From the human T2T-CHM13v2.0 reference genome, Homo sapiens: a stretch of 64,000 nucleotides of DNA. The notes below the pieces were generated by a model, which saw only the letters and a program-made list of their open reading frames with translations, did not search any database and was not told the DNA's origin. The stretch lies in NCBI RefSeq assembly GCF_009914755.1, contig NC_060942.1. One strand, written 5' to 3'. The translations under genes and the position numbers were made by a program. Of this stretch, positions 28,881 through 42,598 are shown piece after piece (the first letter of the stretch is position 1; each line of letters starts with the position of its first letter).

Positions 28881-31140
28881 TATATTTTACCAACGACATC
28901 CTACTCCGTAATGATTAAAATAAATTTTAAATATTTAAATATTGATATTAAATTTTAGTAAAAATTATTTTTGTAAGACATAAAGCTAATATGTCAGTAA
29001 TTTTATTTAATATCCTGAACACATACTGTAAATATTTTGAACCAATATTTCTTTGTAAATACTCACTAGTGATAGTTTAAATATTGTAACATTCTCTAAC
29101 ATGTATGTTCCAATTTTGTAGTAGGAAAATCCATATGTCACCATCCATCATTTGTTCACATCATATTCTTCTAAGTGAGATTTTAAAAGGAACTAATGCA
29201 ATTAACCATTGGGTATTTATTTTCAACCATGCCATTTTAGATTTAAGTATTAACTACAAATATTTAAATAGTAGATATCATTTATCTTAATGTAAGTATG
29301 TTATGTAAAATATAATTTGTGGATCATTTATAATGTAGTAAAAATACACTATGTTTGCAAAACATACTTAACAGAAAAAAACTCTTCAAAAATCAACATA
29401 ATAAACAATTTGTAATATTTTGACAAGTTCGAAACCCGTTTGGGAAAACTTAACACTCTAACAATTGTTAAACTACCAATTCTGTTTTCGAATTGGAATT
29501 TTTTGTCGGGGGGTGGTGCAGTAAATAGATTGAAAGACATGAACTACTACCGATAAACTATATCCAAAAATTGGTTTTCTCACAAATCTGCTATGATCAA
29601 ACCGAAACTGTTGATAGGACATATAATTTCTAATTTGCATAGAATAAATTACATAAATAATTGCTAATCTAAATTTATATAATCATTAATTTAAAAGACT
29701 CATTTTTCAACAGAGAACATCCTATCACACTTCAAACACATATGGCAAACTTTGTTTCTAGAGTCTTTTTTAAAATAATTTTATTTACAATTCTTTGTAA
29801 ATTATTTCCATGGACATTTTTGCTGAAGTTGTCAAATCTTTGTTTTATGATGAAACTTTTATCTCTCTGTTGTAGTGCACAAAGGGATTTCAAATGCAAT
29901 GTTTTATTCATTTTTCAAAGTCCCACACTCCTGAGAATCTCTACAGTTTTTAGTTTTTTTCTTCTTCTCCTAGAATTTAGTAACAGTGGCATGTTGGGAA
30001 TGAGACCCTGTCTCCTCCCTCAATCTTTTCATTCCCTACTTCACTCACTCCCCTGCCCTTAACCTCTCCCTCTAACTCCTTGCCTTTTAGAAAATCCAGC
30101 TTCCAAATGGGACTTCACACTGACAGGGAGAAAAAGAAAAATTTATTGCTTGAAGTTGTCTTTCTCTTTAAAGGCTTTTTTAGTGACAACCTTTCTTCTC
30201 TTAGAAAGGAGAAAATGGCAAAGGTGAAAGGTTGTTACTATACATTTGAAAGCGTCAATTTCTGTTAGGAATAAATTTTTACTTAGATCTAGATAATACC
30301 TGCTAGGGCTTGGCCCTTGTGCACACTTATTCATTACTATTTTAACATGAATTTATTTTAGCTAGAAAAATAAATCCTATGTAAATAATTCTGTATAAAG
30401 ATGTAACTTGGAATTTAGATTTAAGTTAACATAAATAGCATGTTCTCTGAGTCAGTAATATTTGCTAGGGGAGTTGTATTCTTTAAACATAAAATAATAC
30501 TAATTTTTTCAATCATTTAATTATGTGAACTTGGGAAATCCCAAGTGGAGTACATACTGCATTTCAGTTCTTTTTATATAGAAAAGATACAAGGGTCTGA
30601 GAGTCTGTCTCATGCTTCTTTGTTTCTTGTATGTTGGTGAACTGTAATGAAAATAAAATTTAGCATTTAAGGAAAGCATAGATACAATTTTATTTATAAG
30701 GATACAGTACCCAATTAAAAATACATATCTTTGTGTGAAATTCTGCTTCATCTTGATAGTTTTATTTTTATCTTCATCCTTCTTTCCCTCCCTTCTTCCC
30801 CCATTCTCCCCCTCCCTCCATCCGTCTCAAGTCCTTGAAGTGGTCTACTTACCCTGAAACTGTCTCTAATTCAGCCTCTAGATGGGGGCCATAAGGACCT
30901 TTAAGGTTTATTACACATGGTACTCTATGGAGAGGATTGTCAACACTGTGGAAGAAAATCCTGATAGAGAGAACATCGTGAAATTCTGGAAGGATTACAC
31001 CACTGAAACTGCGACCATGGCTATAGGAAAAGCTGTGAAAGCCACCAAGCCTGAAACAATACATTCCTGCTGCAGGAAAGTGGCCAGATGTTGTGCATGA
31101 TTTCACAGAATTTGCAACACAGCCTATCAAGAAAATCATA

Positions 31141-31410
31141 GGCCGGGCGCGGTGGCTCACGCTTGTAATCTCAGCATTTTGAGAGGCCGAGGTGGGCGGA
31201 TCATTTGAGGTCAGGAGTTCGACCAACATGGTGAAAACCCGTCTCTACTAAAAATACCAAAATAGTAGCCGGGCATGGTGGCGGGCCCCTGCTACTCGGG
31301 AGGCTGATGCAGAAGAATTGCTTCAACTCGGGAGGCAGAGATTGCAGTGAGCAGAGACTGCACCACTGTACTCCACCCTAGGCAGCAGAGGGAGACTCCG
31401 TCTCAAAACA
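31141..31410 (+). mobile_element. AluS inserted in Tigger2
   Basis: ggccgggcgcggtggctcacgc start, small internal deletions; TSD aaaatcata before the Alu and after the GGAA tail. Confidence 0.93.
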
Positions 31411-31640
31411 AGAAGGAAGGAGGGAGGGAAGGAAGGAAGGAAGAAAGGAAGGAGACAGAGAGAGAAAGGAAGGAAGGAAGAAGGAAGGAAGGAAGGAAGG
31501 AGACAGAGAGAGGAAGGAAGGAAGGAAGAAGGAAGGAAGGAAGGAAGGAAGAAAGAAGGAAGGAAGAAGGAAGGAAGGAGACAGAGAGAGAGGAAGGAAG
31601 GAAGAAGGAAGGAAGGAAAGAAGGAAGGAAGGAAAGAAAA
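31411..31640. repeat. Compound (GGAA)n/GA-rich microsatellite grown from the Alu tail
   Basis: About 230 nt almost purely purine; ggagacagagagag occurs three times. Confidence 0.95.
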
Positions 31641-32558
31641 ATCATAGATTATGGATATGGCAAGGAAAGGTGGGGAGTGAAGGATTTCAAGATATGAATC
31701 TTGGAGAAGTTCAAGAGCTAATAGGCACCACACCAGAGGAATTCACGAAAGATGACCTGATAGAGATAAATGCTTTCAAACCAGTGCCAGACAACCAGGA
31801 AGAAGACATAGAGGAAGCAGTGCAGGAAAACAAATTGACATGAGAGAATCTGATAGAAAGGCTCCAATTATTCAAGACTGATTTGAATTCTTTTATGACA
31901 TGGAATCCTCTATGACACGGGCACTGAAACTAAAGCAAATGGTAAAAGAAGAGTTGGTACTGTATAGAAACAATTTTAGAGAAATGGAAAAGTAAAAACT
32001 CAGGATTAAAATATATTTCTGTAAAATTACTTCAAGAGTACCTGTCTGTCCTCCCTCCTCTTCCGCCTCCTCTTCCTGACCTCCCTCAGCCTACTCAACG
32101 TGAAGATGAGAATGAAGACCTTTATGATGATCCACTTCCACTTAATGAATAGTAAATATCTTTTCTCTTCCTTATGATTTCTTAATATTTTTTTCTCTAG
32201 CCTACTTTATTGTAAGAATACACTATATAATATGTAAACATACAAAAATGTGTTAACTGAACATTTATGTCACTGGTAAGGCTTCTAGTGAACAGCAAGC
32301 TATTAGCAGTTTTGTTTTGAGGGAGTCAAAAGTTACATGCAGATTTTCAACTGCACACAGGGTCAGGCCCCCTAACCCCTACATTGTACAAGTGTCAATT
32401 GTATATTATATCAACTAAACTAAAAAGTATGGAATTTCTAAAATCATATTTATAAAAACAGTATAAATGATTGAAAAACTATAAAACCAAATACTGATAA
32501 AGTTAGGTATAAGATTACTGTAATTTTAAATATAGGTATAGAGTCAAGAGACAATTAA

Positions 32559-32948
<390 letters not shown>

Positions 32949-34999
32949 TGGTAGTGTTCTTAATAAGAGTATTTTGAGACTAAGGTAGCGTTTATTTTAA
33001 GCCTAGCTAGTTTTATTATTTAGCTTTCTAAAAGTTTTGTGGGAAATGCATTTTATGTTTGGACAGTTCTGGAAGCAGATGCTGACCAGCTTCATCTAAG
33101 ATGTTGATAATTCAAGAATAGCCATGTGCTTCTCCGTAATTACTCTGACTGCTTGGTCGACTACTGTGGTAGTTACTGACTAACATACCAGCAATGTAGC
33201 ATTGTATGATAAAATTCAAACTTGTAAGGTATTGGTTGTTTCCAGGCAAACCATTTGCCTTGATAAAGCATGCAAATAATTAAAATGGTATGAAGAAGTA
33301 GGCACTAAAGTAAAAGATTTAGTATTACCAACTTCTGAGTAAGGAAACTAGCTTACTTGGATTAAGCTACATTAATCATATTAAATAAATGATTAGTTTT
33401 ATGTTTTTTAGTGTGGGTACAAAGAAATTAACTAAACAAACATAGAATGCTTGGAACTAGACAGCAGCTTAAATTTGGAAGTTGTGTAGATGATTTTACT
33501 ACTCTTATCAAAATTATTTGTTAAGCTCTAAACTTTGAATGATCCAGTAGGAAGAATTTTCATGAGAAGTTAAATGGATATTGTTTCTTTGATTTTGAGA
33601 AGGAAGAGTCTCATGGGCTCTTTTTCTAGGCATGATGTTTATGTTTGCATTTTAGTAACGATTGAGAATTGGAACTGACAGTTTCTACATCTTGCCAATT
33701 TGTTAATATAAAGCATTTTGAGTATTAAAGGACCAGACACCTGGGATAAAATATGCCCCCCTTCCAAAGATTTCATTTCCGTGGGTGGATAATTAAGAGT
33801 TATCAGACAGAGATTAGTAGAAAAACTTTGTAAAGCAAAGGACTATAGTATCAAAACTTACAGAGGCTTTAAATAACTAGGAATAAATGGAAGTAAGAAT
33901 TTAGTATGCCTGTGTCATAGAATATAATAAAGAACTGGTGGAAATTAAGTGGGGAGATATAGGAATAGGACAAAATGAAGGGTCTTTTAAAACAATTATA
34001 ATGTTTGGACATTATTAGGTAGATTATTGCCTCTAGAATTTTTGTATTTCACAAGTAGTAACATTTAAACAAGAAGACAAAAATACTTAAAATAGGAACC
34101 AATATATGAGTTTTATTTTGACAAATATATACTTGGAAAACAAACAGAAGCAATAGCTATCATTTATCATCTACTATCAACAGATTGACTTCCAAAAAGT
34201 AGAAATGTTATTACAAAATAATGGATGCATTTAACTTATGTAGAAAAGTCATGATATTTTCACATTTTTTCTCACTCTACCAGTGAGACAGATGACAGTG
34301 TCCTCAGAGAGACATTTGGTCTGTGAATCGGCAGTTTGAAACCAGGGCTACAGGATCACTGACATATGCAATAGAGAAAGAGAGATATAGAACTTCAGGA
34401 TTGCTAAATAATTTGCTCAATTTATGTAGCACTAAGTGATGGTACTTATGATATTTATATTGCTCTTGAGAAATACAATGCGTTCTAGGCAAATATTTCA
34501 AGTTGAAGAATAGTCAAAAATAAAAATTAGATGACTATCATGATTTCTCCTTTGTTTTGCTGAATGTATTTAAATAAAGAAAATTACACCTGGCAAATCA
34601 TCATTGAGATAAAACATCTGTTGATTACTTTAAACCATCTATTACAACTAAAAAGAATTATTAGTTACTTGTGTTCACCCTTAAATGTTATGTTAGCTAA
34701 ACTATTTCTTACATGAAGAGCATATCAGCAAGAATTTTAAGGAAGAAAAATGTATTCCATTGGTCTCAGTTATTACATAGCATGCTGTAACTGCATGGTT
34801 AAGAAAATCATATCAGCTGTGGCTTTCATTGGTATATTATATCCAATTTTAGCTTTTCCCAGTGAAACTCTATGTATAATTTGATTGTAAGTATTTAAAA
34901 GTTCATCTCAGCAGAAGATTCCTTAAAAAATGTGAAGAAAAAGGAAGAGAATGACAAGCATGATAGGCATTGGGGTGCTGGTTCTTAGGTCTAGTCAGG

Positions 35000-35150
35000 T
35001 TACTTAACTTAACATGTCTAAAACTAAAATTCTAACGTTCTCTTCCAGTTGTGCTCTACCAATTGTTTCCCCGTGTCCTATAATGCCAATACTAACCCTT
35101 CAGTTACAGAGGCCTAAAACTTTATCATCCTTTGCTCTCAAAGTTCACAT
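35000..35150 (+). mobile_element. L2 fragment
   Basis: aacttaacatgtctaaaactaaaattc is an L2 3' motif. Confidence 0.55.
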
Positions 35151-35154
35151 CAAG

Positions 35155-35298
35155 AGCTTTTCTCCTAAGTTTTTTCTCAGGAGTTTCATGATTTTGGGTC
35201 TTCTGTTTAAGTGTTTAATGCAGCGTGAGTTGATTTTTGTTTAGGGTGCTAGATAAAGATGCAATTTTATTCTTTTGCATGTGGATAGACATTTTTCT
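35155..35298 (-). mobile_element. L1 ORF2 fragment (antisense)
   Basis: gagttgatttttgtttagggtg...ttttattcttttgcatgtggata. Confidence 0.7.
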
Positions 35299-36010
35299 CT
35301 GGAAACAGATTTTAATAAATTTCAAAGGACATACAAAGTATATTCTATGACCACAATAAAATTATAGTGGAAATTAATAACTAATCTGGAAATCTCAAAT
35401 GTTTGTATAAAAAGCAACAAATATGTCTTTAATAACACATAAAACAAATAAGAACTTACAGTAAATGTGAGAATATATTTTAAATGGAATGAAAATAAAA
35501 AGTATATCATAACTTGTAGATTTCAGTTATGGCACTGCTGAAAGCCAGACTTATAATCATACGTATGTACGTTGGAACATATAAAACAATAAAAAGTCAA
35601 TGACATAAGAACTTATTTATAGGAAGTCACGTAAAGAAAATAATAAGCCGCACAATGGAAGAAATAAAGGAAAATGTAAGAAACAAAGAAACAAATGAGA
35701 GAGAAGGCAGACACAACTGAAAAAATTTAGAAAGAAAAATAAATGGCATTTTAAGAATAGAAATAAAACTGATAAACGATTAGCAAGATAAATCAAGAAG
35801 GAAATAAATAAACCAAAATTTTTAAGCATCAGGAATGAAAAGAAGGGATATCACTACAAACCACACAGACATACAAAACATTGCATGAGTATCTCATTAA
35901 CAATTTTGTATCAATATATTTAAAAATTTAACAAAATGAGAAAAACATTTGAAAACACAGAAATAACATAAGAAATAAAAGATAATTATAATTAAAGAAC
36001 TTACATATAC

Positions 36011-36012
36011 CG

Positions 36013-36061
<49 letters not shown>

Positions 36062-36062
36062 A
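36011..36062. repeat. (CG)5(CA)n alternating purine-pyrimidine microsatellite
   Basis: cgcgcgcgcgcacacaca..., read directly. Confidence 0.95.
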
Positions 36063-37109
36063 TAGTCTAGGCCCAGGAGCTTTAACTGGTGAATTCCTGC
36101 CAACATTTAAAGAAGAAATAATATAAATCTTATGTACAGTATTCTTGAGAATAAAAATGAAGAAAACACTTCCCAGTATATTTGATTACACAAACATAAC
36201 CCTGACAACAAAAACTAGTAAGAACATTATAAGAACAAAAAATTAAAGGCTACTCTCATGAGCACAGATGTAAAATCTTAACACATTATCAACAAATGGA
36301 ACACAATAACCTAAATGGAAATAATACATATGAATAAGTATCATTTATTTCAGAAATACAAGCTTGGCTTAATATTTGAATGTCAATAAATTTATTTAAC
36401 CACATTAACAAAAAATTTAAATGGTTCCTTCAATAGATGTTGTAAATGCATTTGATAATATCTGAAATTATTAATAAAGTGGAGATAAAATAGAACTTTC
36501 TTAGACCTATAAACAGTGTCTGAAAATCTAAAACTAAGATTATACTTAAATGCAAAATACTTACTGTTTTCCTCTGTGTTCAGTAATAAGACAGAAATTT
36601 CCACAATCATCGCTTTTAATAATATACCTAGTGAAATTATTCAATGAAAATAAATGTAAGTATAAACACTGAAAAGAATTTTAAAATTTACATTAATTTT
36701 CAAATGATTTAATTTTATTTGTATAAATTCAGCAATTTTACATATTAACTGATGAACAGTTAATATGTAAAATTAGCAAAATTTCTGAATTCAAAGAAAA
36801 TATATAAAAATCATATGGATTTTGAATATATTGGCAACAAGCAATTAGTAAATAAAAATCAATAAATGCCAACAAAGATTACAATACCACCAGCATCAAC
36901 TATCAAACATGTCAGAAGTGCTAAGAAGTAATGCTCAAGATCCTTTCCTGAAAACCATAAAACCTTGTTAATAAGGATTAAATACCTTAACAAATTGAGA
37001 GATAAACTATGACAATGGTGTGGAATACCTGATAATAAAGTTGTCTAAGTATTTAATGAAACTTCAATAAAAAAATCGCAGGAAAACATTTGGTAGAAAT
37101 ATAAATGGG

Positions 37110-37520
37110 CAATGGTGTACTGGATAAGGTAAGTGTGGTCCATATACACTATGGAATACTATACAACCAGAAAAAATGAAATCATGTTCTTTGCAGCTAC
37201 ATGGATACAGCTGGAAGCCATTATCCTAAGAGAATTAACACAAGGACAGAAAATCAAATATGGTATGTTCAGTTATATAAGTGGGAGCTAAACATTGAGT
37301 ACACATGGACATAAAAATGGAAAAATAGACACTGGGGACGACTAGAGGGGGGACTGTGACAGGGGAGTAAGCGTTGAAAAACTGCTTGTCAGTACTCTGC
37401 TCACTACCTGGCTGACAGAATCATTTGTACTCCAAACCTCAGCAACACACAATTTGCCCAAGTAACAAACCTGAACATGTCTTCTCTGAACCTAACATAA
37501 AAGTTAAAAAAAAATAATAA
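37110..37520 (+). mobile_element. L1PA15-17-type 3' end nested in the older L1
   Basis: gaaatcatgttctttgcagctacatggatacagctggaagccattatcctaag...ccaaacctcagcaacacacaatt...A tail. Confidence 0.85.
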
Positions 37521-38631
37521 TAATGGCAAAGCAAATGGCCTAGATCTGCCATGGCAAGTTGGAAGAAAATGTTCAAATATGAATGACTCACACTACCAGA
37601 TATTGCCTTTTTAAAATTTACCACAATTAACACAGTATGCTATCGGTACCAAGATAGACAAATAGTTCAAAATAAAAAAAATAGAGTACAGAAACAAACT
37701 TATGTGTGTGCTATCAGCTCATGCTGATAAAAGCACCAGTAAAACTCACTGGGAAAAAGATCACCATTTTCAGAACTTACACCGCATAAACTCAATAGTC
37801 ATAGGAACAAATGACACTTAAACTTTACAAAAAAAGTACACAATTAATTTGGAATAGACCTAAGCACAAATTTGTATTGTATAACAATGAAACTTCTAGA
37901 AGAAAGCATTAAAAAATCTTCATGACATTTGATATTTAAAAAAATTTAAACATGAAAAATATTTACCATAAAGGTAGAACAGATAATTGGCAGTTCACTG
38001 AAAGATAATATTAAGATACTGAAAATGCCAGCCACAGACTAGGAGAAGGTAGACATGTGCACGTATTGGTCAGTGGTCTCATATGCAGAACATATGAATA
38101 ATAACAAGAAATAAATAAGTGAAACAGAAGCAAATCAATTCAAAATGACAAAAAGACCCAAAAAATAGTTCCTTAGAAGACATTGACGTAAGCTTCTGTA
38201 AGAATAAATGGCATGGTACACTTAAGATATACACACTTTGCTGTATATAAACGGTGTTTCACAAAAAAAGACAAGCAAAAAACACCTTTTTTTCTATGTC
38301 TGATGACAACATTGTATCGTTTTCAGAGTATATTTTATACATACACATATATATATTAAAATGCTAATTTTGTTTATGGATCCCAGTGAATTCTGAGAAT
38401 GCAACCATTAGCATCTTACTAAAGATTCCATAGCTTACTGGCAAAGGAGTTTTTTTCACCAGATCTTGAAAACCATCTATGTTTAGTCACTTTTCCCAGG
38501 AACATATAGTTAAATTTTTGCATAGCATGGCCAGGGATACACTGTCTCCCCTTCCCCCAATCTTCTCCAAAATCATTAATCATAGTAAAGATTCAATAAA
38601 GTCACTCTTAAAGCCCTTGACTTTCCTGTTA

Positions 38632-38862
38632 ATTTTTTTCAACTTTTATTTTAGGTTCAGAGAGTACATATGCAAGTTTTGTTACTTGGGTAAATTGTGT
38701 GTTGCTAGGGTTTGGGATACAAATGATTCTCACCTAGGTAGTGAGCAGAGTACCCAATATGTAGTTTTCAACCATCGCTCCCCAGCCACCTTCCCCGCTT
38801 TGGTAATCCCCAGTGTTTCTTCATTCCATCTTTATGGCCATGTGTACTCAATGTTTAGCTTA
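38632..38862 (-). mobile_element. L1PA15-17-type 3' end
   Basis: ttcaacttttattttaggttcag...gtaaattgtgtgttgct...gtgtactcaatgtttagct. Confidence 0.85.
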
Positions 38863-39829
38863 TAGCATATTATGAATCATTATAAGAACATCTCTATTCA
38901 ACATACTTAAACGTTAGAATGATGTGTTGCATTGACTATCAGTTTTCACATACATAAAAGGATGACTCTATAATTGCAAACTTGAGATAACACTGAAGTG
39001 TAACGATTGGCTATACTAAAATAAAAATGAAGTTATGGAATACATGAGATAAATAGGGTTGAGGTATGTCATGTTTCCATCAAGAAACAAGGATTTTTCT
39101 ATTCTTTTGCAGCAGAGGTTTTGTACATGTAAATTCAAAGTACGGTTTCATTTCAGGATTCACTGCTTTCAGGTGACAGACTAATTCTTAGTACTTTCTT
39201 AGTTCTTAACTTTCTTAATTTCCTAAGTCTCTCAAAGTTCATAACAAAACCATCTTTTATCAGAAATGATGTTTAAAATGAAAAGAATTTTTATGTTAGC
39301 TGGGTATCATTGATTTTTTTTGGAGAAATTACTCAATGATAATCCCACTGTTTGACAAAGAGAATATTCCTTCTTAAATTCTTATTTGTGTACTTACTTT
39401 GCTCTTTTATATAAAGCAATTTCTATGTAAACTAAAACCTACACCCAAACTAAAGTACACAGCCTCATATGCAACAAAGGAAAGAAAGGATTGACATGCT
39501 ATAAGGAGTATGCAATATTTACATGAGGGGTAATAAAATAATTCATTGTGGTTTATTGAAGGTTTTTGAAGCCTCTTGAGAGATTTATAACATTTTCATG
39601 TATAAAAGTAGATGGTGGTAAGAAATTATATGTTATGCATATTTTATCACTTTTTAAATAAAAAGTAGATGATGTTGAACAGCAGAAAACAGAGATGCAT
39701 AGATTATTTTCAGGATCCAGTGATTAATATTCCTTTGTCAGTAAGGAGCTATTTTAACATTTTAAACAGTGGAGAAGTCTTATCAGGCGTGTTTTTAAAA
39801 AGAAAAATATTGAAAGCAGTTTTATAGTA

Positions 39830-40018
39830 TTTTAATTTTAATTTTATTTTATTATTTTAGTTTTGAGACAGACTCTCATGCCTCACTCTGTCACCCAGGG
39901 TGGAGGGCAGTGGCCCGATCTCAGCTCACTGCAACCTCCGCCTCCCAGGTTCAAGTGATTCTCCAGTCTCAGCCTCCTGAGTAACTGGGATTACAGGTAT
40001 CTGCCACCATGCCTGGCC
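39830..40018 (-). mobile_element. Alu right arm only
   Basis: gagacagactctc...ctcactgcaacctccgcctcccaggttcaag...gccaccatgcctggcc; no left arm. Confidence 0.9.
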
Positions 40019-41798
40019 AATATAGCATCCTTAAGAGACAATTTTCAAGGAAATTGAAGGACTAATTGCAATAAAACATTAATAAGACTGAGAATTTAAA
40101 ATACTGGAAATGAATTTCCAGTATTTAAGAATTTAAAATACTGGAGAATTTAAAATACTGGAATTGGATTAAAAATGGTTGACTAAGAAGAGGAAGATTT
40201 AAATATCTGTTGAAATTTTGAAACTTCAAGGCTAACTTTGTGAAAACACAGGCACTTAGTCTTCCAGATTCATTAATTTAGCATGAATAGATGAATGAAT
40301 GAATGAATGATGTTATTTGGGTAAACTGTGTGTGGCTGAAGTTTGGGGTACCAGGTTTAGTTTACAGGCACAGAGGTCTTGCAAGATAAAAATATATTGA
40401 AAGGAGATGAGAAATTCAAATATGAAAATATAATTGATCAATAAGATGTCATTCACGACCTTCTGGAAATAACAGTTTTAACAGAGTTGTCGTAGTGAAG
40501 CAATTAAATTTGAATAATCAGTTTACAAACAAATCTACTTCTTTCCCTTCCTGCAATATTTAATAGAGATTTTAATGGGAGTGATAAGCATCAGATAAAG
40601 CCATATTTAATCCGGTGCACGAGGATTTACCCTGTTTTTCAAAAGTCCTGGCTCCTTTTGATCGTTTTTCTGCTTCTTTAAGCCTTGTCTGTTTTTGATT
40701 TCAAAGTCACACATGATGCCTGTAATTTTTCTTTTTTCTTTATTTTTGATATTCTTATTGTAAAACATATCACTTTCTAATTTGGGACCAAGATATGTTG
40801 TTCATTTGGACTTTAACATTGATATCCTAAGTCATGATATAGGTAAACCATTCCCCCTAATGTGGACCTGTGCTTGGTTTGTATCAATAACTAGATTAAG
40901 AAAGTTAAGAAGGAGTTAAAATCTCTTTTGGTTCAACAAGTTAAGTAATTATTATTATTGAGCACTTAATAGATGCTAGACATAATGAGAAGTCAATGAA
41001 TATAAATTAGTTTGTAAAAAAATCAAAAATCTTCTTTTGACAATAACACAGTTTCAAATACCTCTGACAGGTACCTCCTCGCCTCATGGCAACAGACTAT
41101 TGTTGATTTAAACCTAATTTTATCCTTCTTTGAGTCATCTTCCTACCTACACCATGACAGTTATTATCAGCGAAATGTGTTAACTGTTATCATGCATTAT
41201 ATGTAAGCACTTATACATTATCCTCAAGATATGTCCACTCTTCAAATTTGATCTACCCTCTCTTTTCAGGACACTGAGTCATGCTGCCCACTTTAATTAT
41301 GCAGTTGCCTGTACCTGAATTCTTTCAGCTTGTTTTAATACTTTGAGACCAGCCTTTTGTGTTTTGTTCATAAAGTCTTTCTTCTTAGCAATGAAAAGCT
41401 AGATTGAGCATTACTTCCTATGAAATTTACAGACTTTTGTTCATAGAGAACAATTTAGCAGTGGAATTCTTAATGTGTTGAGTAATTGAAGGATTTAAAT
41501 CTTGCTTTTTCCAGAATCAATTACATGCTTCTTCAGAATAATATTTCTTTTACTTGAAGTCATCAGGGAACCCAAAATACAGAATGGGTGTTTAATTAAC
41601 ATCCGCACTTGGTTATTAATTGGAATTGCTAATCAATAATATTTTAAAATTTTATTTGTTAAAATTTAATTAATGTGTAATTTTATTTATGTTACTTTTG
41701 TGGTGATTGCACTGTCTTTTCAATGGTATATTTTTTATTGGAAAAAATATATTTAAAATAAGACTGGAGTTTAAAATAATACATTCAATTGAATATAA

Positions 41799-42139
<341 letters not shown>

Positions 42140-42510
42140 CCATATGTTTTGAATGAAAGAGACATTCAAAAGTCCTTCAAATCAATTTTGTCATTAAGCA
42201 CACAACCACACATGTGCTAATTGCAGCAACCAGCCCACTTAAATGATGTTAAAGTACACAGGGCTGTTGGTGTCGGTGAATTGGGTTCCTCATTTTCTTG
42301 CTGTTTTATTTTGCTGGTTCTCTGTGTGTGGACAACCTCCTACTGAGGCTTAAGCATATGGTATATATTGCTGGGATTCCTGGTGTGTACGCATCTAAGG
42401 TAAATGCTTAATTAGCTGTATATCATCAATTCCACATGTGAGTTCTTTTTTCTAAATGTTGCTTTATAAAGTTCCACAATAACATATTCTCTGCAGTTAT
42501 TATTTTAAAT

Positions 42511-42598
42511 GTATTTATTTATTTATTATGGATATTTGCTCTTCTTGCCGAGGATGGAGTGCAATGGAGCCACCTCAGCTCACTGCAACCTCCGCCTC
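42511..42598 (-). mobile_element. Alu 3' fragment (Sp/Sq-like)
   Basis: ttgctcttcttgccgaggatggagtgcaatgg...ctcagctcactgcaacctccgcctc. Confidence 0.8.

Larger units (their letters stand above)
30830..32401 (+). mobile_element. Tigger2 (pogo-like DNA transposon) 3' half, split by an Alu
   Basis: Transposase DDE relic (ORF 30882-31100 IRTFKVYYTWYSMERIVNTVEENPDRENIVKFWKDY); gaagacctttatgatgatccacttccacttaatgaatag; terminal repeat end gtcaattg followed by TA. Confidence 0.88.
35300..38275 (+). mobile_element. Old L1M ORF2 to 3' UTR remnant
   Basis: aaggggatatcactacaaacc; ctaggcccaggagctttaactggtgaattcctgccaacatttaaagaagaaataat; caatagatgttgtaaatgcatttgata. Confidence 0.8.

Noticed and set aside
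29490-29540. NUMT origin for the CpG-rich island (ttcaatcta on the - strand recalls the mitochondrial tRNA-Asn/OL region)
   Set aside because: Only about 9 nt match from memory, and the flanks do not continue the mitochondrial sequence.
30882-31100. Transposase-like ORF as a possible domesticated TIGD gene
   Set aside because: Short, frameshifted, Alu-interrupted fragment of a 5'-truncated Tigger2.
31323-31733. Overlapping ORFs rich in LPSF or EGRK
   Set aside because: Translations of the stop-free GGAA microsatellite.
40091-40161. CRISPR-like repeat-spacer reading of short repeats here and at 52025-52085
   Set aside because: Three short copies, no regular unique spacers, no cas genes, primate nuclear context.
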